Source: Monocercomonoides exilis PA203 | Taxonomy: Eukaryota > Protista > Preaxostyla | DNA length: 64,000 nt | Assembly: GCA_001643675.2 (NCBI GenBank) | Contig: LSRY02000024.1 | Span: 248,001-312,000 of the forward strand | Direction of reading: 5' to 3' | In this document: positions 25,840 to 37,685 of the stretch, piece by piece | Position numbering within the stretch: the first letter of the stretch is position 1 | Layout of the letters: the number at the start of each line of letters is the position of its first letter | Program-made: the position numbers and the translations under genes | Notes under the pieces: model-generated | The model's database searches: none | Told to the model about the DNA's origin: nothing | The model's input: the letters and a program-made list of their open reading frames with translations, nothing else

Positions 25840-26700
25840 CAAAAGCTTACTTGAATGAAGTTCGAAAAATATTTAAAAGATACTTTCTGGTTGAAATGCT
25901 TTTGTGAAAATACTGCAGAGTGAAAGAACAATAAAGACCACAAGTGTGAAATTGTCGTTGAATATGAATTAATGATGATCAAATTTATTTCATTGTTTTT
26001 GAACAGATTTGTATTCTTGCTTAGAAGATTGAAATGAGGGTTGCAAAAGCAGATAATCCTTGAAGCGTATGGAGTGATTGATGAAATGAATAAAGAAGAA
26101 TACAAATCTGCTTTCACAATTGAATTGTTTGACAAAATATGCAAAATGATAGAAGAAAAAAAATTTAAGCGGGAAGTGCAGTTTTGTTGATGAAGCATGT
26201 TTAATTTTAGAATACACAAAAAAGTATTTGGCTTTTTCGCTTTGAAGAATCTTCACTGAACGAAAGATTAGAGAATATGATTGATGATGAAGAAAAGAAA
26301 AAAAAAGAATAAAAAGCTTTTTGTTGATCATTGAGAATGAAAGACATCTTAACATAACAACTTCACACCTGAATTGTCGTCGATTTGTACGCACTGTCTT
26401 CTGAAAGTTGTATTTAACAAAGATGAAAGCGAAGAAAATCCAAAAGAAGTGGAAATGGCTTTACTGACTATGAACAATGCTGGAGATTATGTGTAAGCGA
26501 TTCTTATTCATATTTAACATTATCGAATTATTTCTGTTTCTTTTTTATTTTTGTTAAAATTTAATCAAAAATTGCATTTGAATAAAGTCAAATTGATTAT
26601 CCGACATGATCAGGAGCATCGCAATTTAACACAGCTTGCTTATCAATCTGCTTGGCAGTTTTTGATAAACCTAATATTCGAAAATGAAATAATAAAGATG
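25840..26700 (+). pseudogene. Degenerate, 3'-truncated copy of the unknown two-intron gene family
   Basis: Fragments IDEMNKEEYKSAFTIELFDKICKMIEEKK, LLKVVFNKDESEENPKEVEMALL and HRNLTQLAYQSAWQFLIN match the intact copies but carry stops and frameshifts. Confidence 0.8.
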
Positions 26701-26811
26701 TTATTGCAAAACTTCTTCAGTTTTTCTATTTTTATTCAATGAATTGTTAGTTACTAAATTTGTGAAATCTTTTAACAAAGATTTTTATCCAAAGAAATCT
26801 AATTCACATTA

Positions 26812-28828
26812 GGTTAGTGTTTTTATTGGCACCATTTTTTTATTGGCACCAAATTTTTGAAGTGATAAAATTCAAAAAATACAGACTCAATTAGCAAAAA
26901 TAAACAAAACTTGGGTCAAATAGTCTTCGAATTTTTCTTTTTCCAAAACTTTGATCTGTAGAATTTTCTTCTTCGATGTTTTCCAAATCATCATGCAAAA
27001 TTCTTCGACAAACTCTTTTCTTCTTTGACTTAATTGGAAGAGTATCTTCAATGTTTTCTGTTTCATCTTCGGCTTCGGAACATTTCGCACTTGTTCGAAT
27101 AAATATATCTTCTTCCCACTTTTCTAAGAAATCCTCATTTGTGAGCAGTTTTCCGTAAAAATCAAAACGATTTGAATAAGTGGGCAAAGGAAAAGAAGAG
27201 TGTTTGGGTAATTTACGTAAAACTTGTCCTGAGGATTTAAACAAAACACCACTTGCATCAAATGCATTCTTTATTACTGATGGTGCGAATGCAGAATGAA
27301 GAGCTTGAGGAAGGATGTCTGCCAAAGCCTTTCTGTTGGAAGAAGCTGTTGAAGATTGAGGGATTTCTATTGATGAATTTAAAACCGATTTAAGAACAGT
27401 AAAAACACCTCTATCGAGAGGTTGTGAAATATGTGTTGTGTGAGGAACAAATGTGATAACATCCACATTCGATTCCATAAATTTTCTCCAAATTATAGGG
27501 TTTGCACGAGAGCTGTGCGAATCTACGAATAGCAAACATCTCTCTTCAGTCAATTTCATCCTTTTCTTTCTTTGTTATATTTCTGGAAGAAGAACGCGCA
27601 AAGAGTATCTTTCGAATAGAGAAAAGTTCATCCAACCGTTTGTATTGCTCCACACATCTAGCGAAGGAGACAGGAGAGGAGTTAACTCTTCCGGAACATT
27701 GGAACTTGGCCAAAGGACAATTGTGGGTAAAGAAAAGCCATCCGAGGCAACAGCAGCTACAAGCGTCGCGTTTCGCACCCTCGAAGGAGCAAGGCAATAG
27801 GCTGAAGGAGACTCTGAGGATGTTGCAACAAGTTTTTGTGAATTATCGGATAATCTCAGTGATATTTCATCCACATTAAAGATTAGCTCCCTTCGGTGTT
27901 TGAACTTTGAATGCAAATCATCAAGCATTTCGTACCAAGGTTTCAAAACGTCTTGACAAGATGCTGCAAGACGTTTTGAATCCAAAATTTTTGGCTTTTG
28001 TAATTTCAATTCGGGCTGATTTCGCAAGAAGGAATAAGCAGCTGATTTTGAAATTTCTTTTTTTGGTGAAGCATCTTCGAAAATCTCTGAATCTTCATCT
28101 TCAATCACATTTTCAATCTAGATAGAAACAAATAAATAGAAAATAAATATATTTTGCAAACCAATTCTTTTGTTTTTTTCACTGTTAGGTTTGTTCCACA
28201 CTTTGCTTCAATTTTTATAACGTCTGTAACAATTTCCTTTTTTTCCTTGCGCAGCAATGACGGTCTTCCTGCTTTGGCAACATCCCTTTCACTTTTTACA
28301 GCCTTCACTGCATGAATGAGAGTTTTTTTTGAAAATTCACCGAAGTTGGTTGCATCCACAAGCCTGGCTTTTCCGTCAATCAGAATTCGCGCCATTCTCT
28401 CGAGTCTATTTTCATAAATGCGATAGTTTATCGACGCCATTTCTGCTTGCATTTTTCTTTTTCCTTCTTCAGCTTTTTTTTTGATCATAAAAAAACCAAT
28501 CAATTTTTTGGGTAATGATCAAAAAAAAAGTCCATTTTAAGCAGCCAGAAGACATTTCAAGTTTTGATATATGAAGTATTTACTTTTATTAATTTTTGTA
28601 TATTCAATTTGTTTTTAAAAAGAATTTGTCATGTTTTTTTCATACGATAATTTCACTAACATATTTAACTGTTGCCCCGAAATTAAATAAGCACATCTGT
28701 TCATCCGCTGATGATAAAAACAATTGTTTGTGCATATAATCTTTGTTTCTTATTGAAAATTATATCTTTCACAAAGAAATAGAAAAAAGGTGCCAATAAA
28801 AAAAAAAGTGCCAATAAAAACACTAACC
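26812..28828 (-). mobile_element. pogo/Fot-like (Tc1/mariner superfamily) DNA transposon, 2,017 bp, with TIRs and TA target-site duplication
   Basis: Left end TA|GGTTAGTGTTTTTATTGGCAC(CATTTTTTTATTGGCACC); right end (GGTGCCAATAAAAAAAAAA)GTGCCAATAAAAACACTAACC|TA. An internal DDE_1-type transposase lies between them. Confidence 0.93.
26891..28503 (-). pseudogene. DDE_1 (pogo/Fot, DD35D) transposase with one 44-nt intron and one premature TAA
   Basis: Motifs IFNVDE, NTNGWMN, LLFVDSHSSR and PHTTHISQPLDRGVF, with 35 residues between D2 and D3. Intron 28118..28161 (GTTTGC..CTAG) joins ORFs 28105..28503 and 27575..28108 in frame. ORFs 27575..28108 and 26891..27559 share a frame and are separated only by the TAA at 27575..27577. 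Confidence 0.88.
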
Positions 28829-30319
28829 TATATAAAAAGAGAAACATAAAATATTTTAAAGTATAAGAACGATGATAATACGCTTATATATATATAAGAA
28901 AATGAGAAAAAAATGTTTAAACATTATTTTTTGTGAACCAAAAACAGTTAATTAAAGAATCGAAGACGAAATAAAATAAACAAAAACAATTCAGAACAAA
29001 CTAGAAACCATCCTTTTTTTAATAAATAACATTTTCAGAGTTTTTAAAAAACGTTCAGTAAATTTAAGTTTTTCTAGGTTTTTTCGAAATAACTGGGTTA
29101 ATTTAAAATTCGTGGCTGAAACTTGAAATAACACTAATAATTTGAAATGACCGATTTATTTCACATTTTATCTAATATTTTTTTAAATAATGCTCAATTT
29201 GATTAATATTGAATTGGAAGTTAATCATTTTCGAATTATAAGTGTATTATTTTCGAATGAAAAGTTCAACAATTTTGAATGATGAATGGTGAAGAAATTT
29301 CCAGTATTCAATAATTTCATAAAGATAAATTTTGATGGAACAATTGAAAGAATTCTAGAAATAATTCGATATTTCAATAAGCCTGAAAATTAAACAATTT
29401 CGACTTATCAAAAACAAAAATACAGTGATGTTCGGTAATAATCACATTTGATTTTGAACGATTTTTTATAATAGTGAAAAATGATAAAACATTGGGAAAT
29501 ATTCAAATTTATTTGATGCACTTTAAAATGGGTTTATTTGCATTCTTGCTTATTCTAAAGGTGATTATAACCAGTCTTCACTAAAATAAAACTCGGAGAT
29601 CTGTTTCTTTTCTGTTGGAGATGGAAGTCACAGTTTTTTTCAAAACAATCTATTTTTGAATCCAAAATACCATTTTTGTAATAAAACATTATTATTGCTA
29701 TCTTCTTCCATTTGAACTTGTTTTTGCTCGTGTTCAATTTAAGAGATTGGCTGATTCTTTTGTAATGTCAACTCATTTTGTTATTCAGAAATTTATTTCT
29801 TTTTGTCTTTGGCAATACATTGAGAGCTTAGAAATAGACGCTTGCTATAGAAATTCATGAAAAAAAGTCAAGCCGATGAGTATCATTTGTTCACTTTTTC
29901 ATTCTTGTTCTTCCTCAAAAAAACGACAAATCCTTTATCTTCAAGAATAGACATTTCCTGTTTTCGAATTCTTCCAAAAAAGAATTCCTATTTTGTGAAA
30001 AAAATAAATTCAATTCCAAATTAAGGAAAAAAAAATTAAGTGAATATTGAGTTATTTCTTTCATTTTTCAATTATTAAAACAAACAATTTTCTGTTGGTT
30101 CGATCAGAAATAAAAATTTTGCTTTTCCAGCCTTAAACAGCCAATCCAAGTTATTTCATTGAGTTCTCTTTTGCATTCCATTTTATTAAGCAAAAACAAT
30201 TTGTGTTGAAACTTCTATTATTTCCTTTTGAAAAGTGACAAATGATGTTTGTATTTATCGATTATCATGTGAATTTTTGTTCCTCACTCATATTAATTGT
30301 ATTTTTTTTATTGAACAGA

Positions 30320-31782
30320 ATGTATGCGTACGCTTATAATAAGTTAGTCTATGGATTTCAAGAGATATCAGCAACAGAAAAGTTTTTGAGTTTGCTCATT
30401 TTTTTCTATTTTTGTTAAATGATTAATCTTTTAAAAAATTGGAATTTATTGAAGAATATCTTAACGAGCTTGTATATTGTGATGAGGAGGGGCAGAAACA
30501 GGAAATCCTTGAAATGAACGAAATAATTGATGGAATGAATAATAAAGAATTTAATGCTGCTTTCACTAAAGGACTGTTCAACAAAGTGCATAGAATGATT
30601 GAAGAAAAGAAAATATCAATGACAATTGCAGTTGAGTTATTGAAGCACATTGGATATTGCAAAGTGCTGAAAAGAATTTGGTTCAGGGGTTTTGAAGAAT
30701 CTTCGCTGAATCAAAGATTCAAACAGATGATAATTGAAGAAGATAAGAAAAAAGAAGAAAGGAATGAAAAGCTTCTGACTGATCTTTGTGAATGCCATCT
30801 TTTGTTGAATAGGAGGGCTTCTTCGGAATTGTTTTCAATTTACGTACCCTATCTACTGAAAGTTGCGATGAACAAGGAGGAAAGCGAGGAGAATCAAAAA
30901 GAAGTGGAAATGGCTTTGCTGGCTTTGAGTAATGTTGACAGATTTTGCGTTTGAGCATTTCTTTTTCGTTTTTGATGTTATTGTTTTCTTTTCTTTTCTT
31001 TTTTGTTAGAGATTGGATGAAGAACTATATTTGAATGAGATCAAAGAAATTATTGAATATCATCAAGAGCATCACAACCTCACGCGACTTGCTTATCAGT
31101 CTGCTTGGCTGTTTTTAATGAATAGATTTTATTTCAATTACAGCGAGAGCAAAGTTATAGCGAATAAGCTGCATTTTATGAGAGAGATAACAAGAGAATT
31201 GAGTGAGTTGTCGAAATGTGTGGATTGGAAGAAGAGAAAAAAAGAGGTTAAAGAGAAAAGAAGAAGAGAAACGAAAGAAGTGTGTATGATCTGGAGATGG
31301 CTCGATGGAATTTTATATTTATTTCGCCCACCCAAATTGAGGAATGAAGAATATTCAGGGCTTATCAGCAGCATTGTTCAGGTATTTCGAGATGCGAAGG
31401 ATAATTGCGGAGATATTTGCGAAAAATGCATTTTCTGCATTCGAACAGCAGCAAAAAACAGAGCCGTGAAAGTTGATGATTTATTGAAAGGTGAGGCAAT
31501 TGATCTCATTTTGGAGGAGATTCAGAGACAAACATTGAATAACGAAATAACAAACCATGGCTTGAAATTTTTTGAATCTATTTCAATGCGGTTGAAAGAA
31601 GAAACGTACAATGAAATGGAAGAAGCGAAAAGAAAAGAGTTGAAAAGGAAAGTGTTGAAGAGCTTGAAGAAGAAGGATACGAAGACATCATCACAAGTTT
31701 TCATGAAAAATTTGATTTTCTCAACGAAGAATATCATGATGCATTTTCGTTGAATATTTCTGATTATTTTGTGAATATCTGA
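30320..31782 (+). CDS. Unknown alpha-helical family protein, copy B; introns 30390..30454 and 30949..31009; 1-nt frameshift near 31656
   Basis: Family motifs QKQEILEMNEII, NEKLLTDLCEC, KEVEMALLALS and HHNLTRLAYQSAW. The family C-terminus (EEEGYEDIITSFHE..NISDYFVNI*) continues in another frame to TGA at 31780..31782. Confidence 0.75.
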
Positions 31783-32218
31783 AGAAATCAGATGCATTTC
31801 ACTTTGTAACTCAAAAATCAGATGAACTGTGAAATAGCAAACCAGTGTTCCTAATCCTCCATTATTTTGTTTTGAAATTATTAGCTTTGAAATCCTTGAG
31901 ATTTTTTTATCGAATGAGTTTTGCTTTCATCAAATTGTTTTTTTTTTCGGATTTGTTAATTTTTTCTTTCGCAGCACAAACAGAAAAATTCAGCAGGATT
32001 GATTCTTTTTCTATCGATTTTTTTTTTATTTCTGATTTCAAATTATATTCTTTTCAGATATTCTCATTTTTCTCGAAAATTCTTGATATTTTTTGAGAAA
32101 ACACTTTCATTTATTTTGCATATCATAATTCCTTTTTTTTTCGAGTGAATGAGCGTTTCACACAAAAAATAATAAAATGGAAATACAAAAAGATGAAGTG
32201 AATGTTTTTGCAGATTAA

Positions 32219-33656
32219 TTATAAATACACAAAATATTCTGGATAATTCTCAAACAAACTAAAATACCTAAATTCACCGAGACAAATGTAATGACACAGC
32301 CCAATGATGCAATCTTCGAATCCTTCTTCTTCCATCTTATCAAAAACCTTCCTTTTCGTTGCCTTTCTTTTCACCTCTTCGTTTTTATAGTCTTCCGCAT
32401 TTTTCAATCTTCTGAAATCTTCAAAAAGGCATTTCATGTGTCTCTCCAAAAAATAGTTATCCAACGTCGGCCCCTGCATCTCCTCCAAAATGAGATCAAC
32501 TGCTCCAATTTTCAGCAAGTCTTCATTTTCGACAACTCTGTTTTCTGCTGCACATCCCATGCAGAAAATACACTTGTCGCTAATTTCTCTATTATCATCC
32601 TTTGATGCTCGAAATACCTGAACAACGCTGCTGATAAGCCCAACGCACTCTTCATTCCGCAATCTCCAGTGGAAAAAGAATATTCCCAACGTTTGGAGCC
32701 ATCGAAATAAAAATAACTCTTCTTTGTTTTTTTTTTTTCTTTTTTCCTCTCCTTTTCCTCTCTTCCAATCCACGCATTTAATCAGCGCTTCCAACTCTTT
32801 TGTTGCATCTCTCGAAAAATGCAGCTCATTTTCAATTACTTCATCCAAACTTTTGTTAAAGTGAAATCGGTTCATTAAAAACTGCCAAGCAGACTGATAG
32901 GCAAGATGGGTCAGGTTGTGATGTTCTTGATGATATTTGATTATCTCTTTGATCTCATTCAAATACCATTCTTGTTTCACAGACTTTTTTAAAAAGAGGA
33001 TAAAAATATCAATGTTATCAAAAATGAAAAATAATGACTCATACTTTACAAATTTCAATGTAACTTAAAGCTAGCAACGCTATTTCCACTTCTTTCTGAG
33101 TCTCTTCGTTTTCATCTTTCTTCAATGCAACTTTCAGAAGGCAAGTCACAATTATTGAAAGTAATTCCGAAGAGATTTCATTGGAAAGCAAAACAGTGCA
33201 TTCACAAAGATCAATCAGAAGCTTTTCATTCCTTTCTTCTTTTTTCTTTTCTTCTTCAATAATCATCTGCTCGAATCTTTTGTTCAACGAAGAAGAATGA
33301 AATGCATAGCTTTGCGAGTGCATTAACACTTTGTGCTGCCCGACGCTCTTCAATAATAAAAACACACTTTCCATTGATATTTTCTCTTCTTCAATCATTT
33401 TGTCCGTTTTGTTGAACAATTTTAGTGTGAAAAATGATTCAAATTCTTCTTCATCCATCCCATCAACAATTTCATTCATTTCTTCGATTTTCTGTTTCTG
33501 CTCAGAGTCAGTGCAATGCTCTAATTCATGAAGCAATTCTGGAAAAAGTTTGTTGAGAGAAATTAAATCGTCAAGAATCCAAAAGCAAGAATGAGTGCAA
33601 ACCAATGATCTTTTCAGTGACGTCCATTTCCTTCGTCTTTTTGCAAAATCCATCAT
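32219..33656 (-). CDS. Unknown alpha-helical family protein, copy C (two introns)
   Basis: ORFs 33039..33656 and 32219..33058 carry the same motifs and the same intron positions as copies B and D. The exact start is uncertain. Confidence 0.75.
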
Positions 33657-35299
33657 TCGGAAGACATCAACATTTTTATCAACCCAAATGAAAAGAATAA
33701 TCGAGGCAGAGAAATAATGACAAATATAAAATTTACAAAACTATCTGGAAAATGTCTTTTCTCATACCATCCTTGAATGATTGTATTGGGCAACGTGTGA
33801 AAAAGAAAAAGAACACTTTATCCTTGTTTGTTTGCTGTTATGGATTCTTTGATCGATGAATGATCTTTGAACTCGAATGGAATTTTTTTTTCAAGATGAG
33901 AGTTGGAAGGAAAATATATCTTGCTAAATAAGCAATATAATTTTTGTGCGTTGGTACGAGACAGCGACGGAGGGGTATTGATGATGGAATTGGGCGAGAT
34001 GATTTTTATGAAAAGCATCTGTGAATAGAATACAGCAATTTCTGAATAGTTAAAAGGAAATATTTTAATGTTTGCATTTTATAATGCTCTTGTTTATTTT
34101 AAAGATGTTCCTATCAGTGGCCTTCTCAAAGTTCAGGAATCTGATAAATTTTAAAAATGGCCATTCTTTTGCTTTTCTGAGGAGAACATCAGAAGAGTGA
34201 TGGATGCTGAGATACAATCAGCAAATGAGAATTGCATATGTTTTACACGCAATTGGGAAAGGAGAAGAAAACAAATTCTATTTCAAAGCATTTGGTTGAG
34301 AGCGAAAAAGAAGAATGGAAACATTAATCAAGCACTCGGAAAGATTAAAATTCGAAGATATTTTTTTCAGAAAAAAAGTGGATGATAACATCAAAAGCAG
34401 AATATTTAAGGAGAAAAAAGGATGATGGAGAAAGGAGCACTGGGAAACAAGGGAAAAGGAGAATGACAGCACAGTGGTGACAATCTCTGCATTTGCGATA
34501 CGGAGGGCAGGTGTGTCCTTTTGAGGAATTTTCATAATCAATGCCTAACTTATTTTTATTTCATATCTTTTATTTTCATTCTTAACGACAGTTTTTATTT
34601 CTTTGAGCGTCATTCTTGAAGACAATCCATTTGAAGTTGTATTTATGTTGATTCATTTGTTTCTTCTCCTTCTCCTTCGATCTCTTCATTGACGAGATTT
34701 TTTTAATTTGACTGATGGAAAGAACGCCTTCTTCGTATTTGAGAATTTGTTGTTTGAATTGCTATCAAATTCTTGTGTTGCAACACACAATGAAACTGCT
34801 GTCTGTTGCTGCTGTTGGCTATTATGATATTCGTATCTGTTCATTATGCCTTCATTTTCTTCAAATGGTCTTGTTCACATTTGTCGTTCAACTTCCTCCA
34901 AAAGAGCTCCACCCAACTCATTTCATTTCATTTTTCTCTCAGATTCTCTTTCTTCTTTCGTTCTTTCTTCAGATCTGCCGATGCAAAAATTCTGTTTGTG
35001 AAAGCAGTCATTGCGTTGAGTTCTTATTATTCAGCATTCACTTCTTCCTCCTCCTCCTCCTCTTCTTCTTCTTCTTTTATCTCTTCAGCCAACACAGAAA
35101 AATCCAATTTAAGTGAGTCTTCAATCTCCTTCATCGCTTCTATTGAATCTACTTCTTCTCATTCTTCTCCTTCTTTCTCTTTCTCTTTTCCTTCTTCTTC
35201 TTCTTCTCCTTCTTCTTCTCTTTCCTCTCTTTCCTCTTCTTCTCCTTCTTCTTCTTCTTCTTCATTTCCTTCCCCTTTTTAATCATCTTTCACCTCATA

Positions 35300-35900
35300 A
35301 TTTTTTTATTTCATCTTCATCTTCATCATCAGCGCCTGCAATTGACCCTTTGGATACGTCTGTGGTTGCAGCGTCATACACGTCGACAGCAGCGATGGAC
35401 AACATCCAAGGCGGCTGCGGATTGCGGTGCCTAAGGCAGCAGTAGTGTATGCAAATCATAGGAATTCTTTTCTGAGGGAGCAGCAGACGCTTCATGGATA
35501 TGTTGTGGATCGGTGGGAGGTGATGAATGGAAGTGTTGGGTGCGCGTACGATGTGGCGCTTTCGGTGATGCTTTCTGTTTTGCTGGTGGCTCCGCTTCCG
35601 TAGCTTGCAGCGTCGGTGGGCACGAAGCCAGAGGGAAAGCAGATCTTTGCAGCTGCAGATGTGAATGCATTCCCGTCGATCTACAATCTGTTTGACCCGT
35701 TGCTGCAGATATGGCGATCGCAACAGTGGAAGCGTGTGGTGGTGAAGCTGGACGAGGAAGTGATGGGGCGAGGGGTTGCAGTGTGTGAAGTGGGGGAGAT
35801 TGTGGAGAAGGGGCTGTATGTGGTGGGGCTGAGGATGGAGAATGTGGTTCTGTCACCAGCAGCGATTGCACTGGTGGTGCTGGAGGAGCGAGAAGAGGCA
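35300..35900. repeat. Dispersed GC-richer repeat, copy 2
   Basis: The same motifs as 21750..22360 occur in the opposite orientation (ORFs 35295..35723, 35431..35871 and 35616..36419). Confidence 0.75.
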
Positions 35901-36301
35901 GAGGAAGGAGGAGGAAATGAAGTGAATGGAGGGTATCCGGCAGAGCACAGAGGGTTTGTGGAAAGAATCAAAGAGAACAAGGGGAAGCTGGAAGAAGCGA
36001 TGGCGCCGCTGGTTGTGGAGGCGCTTGGGCTGAGCGGGCTGAGGTTTGTGAAGGCAGAGACTGAGGTGGGTGTAAGCAAGCAGCATCCAATGAAACCTGA
36101 AGTGTGCAGTTCTTCTCCATCCAATGGCATTCAACAGGAGAACAGAAGAGCAGCAGAAGAAGAAGCAGCAGATGGATCTTTGGGCATGACTTCAGATGGA
36201 AGTGCAGAGGAAGTGTGGAAAGATATCGAACAGGTGGAAATGTCGACGAATGGTTTGACGATGAATGGGAACAAGAACGAAAATGAAATTTTGCAGATAT
36301 G

Positions 36302-36379
36302 GAAGAAGAAGAAGAAGAAGAAGAAGAAGAAGAAGAAGAAGAAGAAGAAGAAGAAGAAGAAGAAGAAGAAGAAGAAGAA
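36302..36379 (+). repeat. Perfect (GAA)26 microsatellite
   Basis: Uninterrupted GAA run read directly from the sequence. Confidence 0.9.
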
Positions 36380-37685
36380 GACGAAGAAGAAGGAGGAGGA
36401 GATTAGAAAATGGAAATGAGATTTGGATGAATTGAACGAAAAGTCAATGATGTGAAAAAAAATGCGAATGAAGAGCTGAGTTTGGTTTTTCAGTAATGAG
36501 TGATATGTTCCATTTCTTGACCGTTCCATTCAGAGGCCAAAGGATGAACTTTATTTGGAAGGTTTTTTTTGTTAGCCAATCTTGCTTCATTCAAAGCAAG
36601 AAAGGAGAATAGTCACAACAAACGACTCAGAAATTTTTGAGTTAAATTTATCAGAAGACAATCTGATATTTCCTCGGCCACAATCTCTTCTGTGCCAGTG
36701 ATGCATCCTCCAATCATTTCCATTATGCATTCTCACTTCCGTTCTCATCTTCAGGGAATCCATTGAATTTGATGAATATCCAAATAACATTCATCTGCAG
36801 CGCTTGCTGCAGCAAAAGCACAGCAATTGCCATTATTTTTCTTGGTTTCACACAAAAATTTCCATCATCATTTATTTTTGTTCAGAAAAATCTTTCATTT
36901 TTTTTCCATCTTGACTTTCATTCAGAAACAAATCATACACACGCTTGTCTGATTCATCTTCTTTTTTGCAGGCACACCAGCTTTGCAAGATCTTTTGCCT
37001 TCTTCCTCAAAAAATTCCACTTTCTTCAGTCCCTTCTCAATGAATAATTCATTTCACATGAAATTCATCGTTTCATTGTTTCATTCCTCCTTCCTTTTCA
37101 ATTCCAACACATTCAAGGGAAGAACAGAAATTGCTATCAAAAGTTATTGCGTATTCAACTTTTGAATTGAACAAGTTCATGAACTGCAGATGCCACAAAC
37201 GAATTAATGCAATCCGAGGAAACTGAACTGAAGAAGAATGATGAAATGAGTTAATGAAGAAATTTTTGTAAGAACATTTATTCACATTCTCAAAAAGTTA
37301 TTTCTTCGTCCGCTTCATTCCTTGCTTTCTTTATTCCTCTTGCTCATTCAAAATTGGCTGTGGATGAAATTTCCCATAAACAGTTGCATGAAACATTTGA
37401 AAAGAAAGAGCAAAGAAGAGACTTTTTAAGTTGATAAATAAAAAAGGGCAAATTTATTTTTGTTTCATGAAACTTGCTGAACAGACAAATCGCTTGAAAA
37501 AGAAGAAAATGAAAGTCATTTTAATTTTCTCTTTTTATCTTCATTTCATCAAAATAAAGTGAACGAAAAAGAATATTTTTGAATTAATTCTTTGATTTTT
37601 TATAGAATTACGAAATGACAAAAAAATAAAATAAAATAAATTAAATTTAATATTTGAGATCCAAAATAATAAATTTCCCATTTCC

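Noticed and set aside
27575-27577. Programmed readthrough or genome-wide TAA=Gln code suggested by the single in-frame TAA in the pogo transposase
   Set aside because: Host genes here end in TAA or TAG (11524, 12824, 32219, 50528) and their long ORFs contain no internal TAR; a point nonsense mutation is simpler.
35616-36419. 267-aa ORF ending in poly-Lys as a real gene
   Set aside because: It starts at GTG, overlaps the dispersed repeat and owes its tail to a (GAA)26 microsatellite; the homologous copy is not open over the same span.
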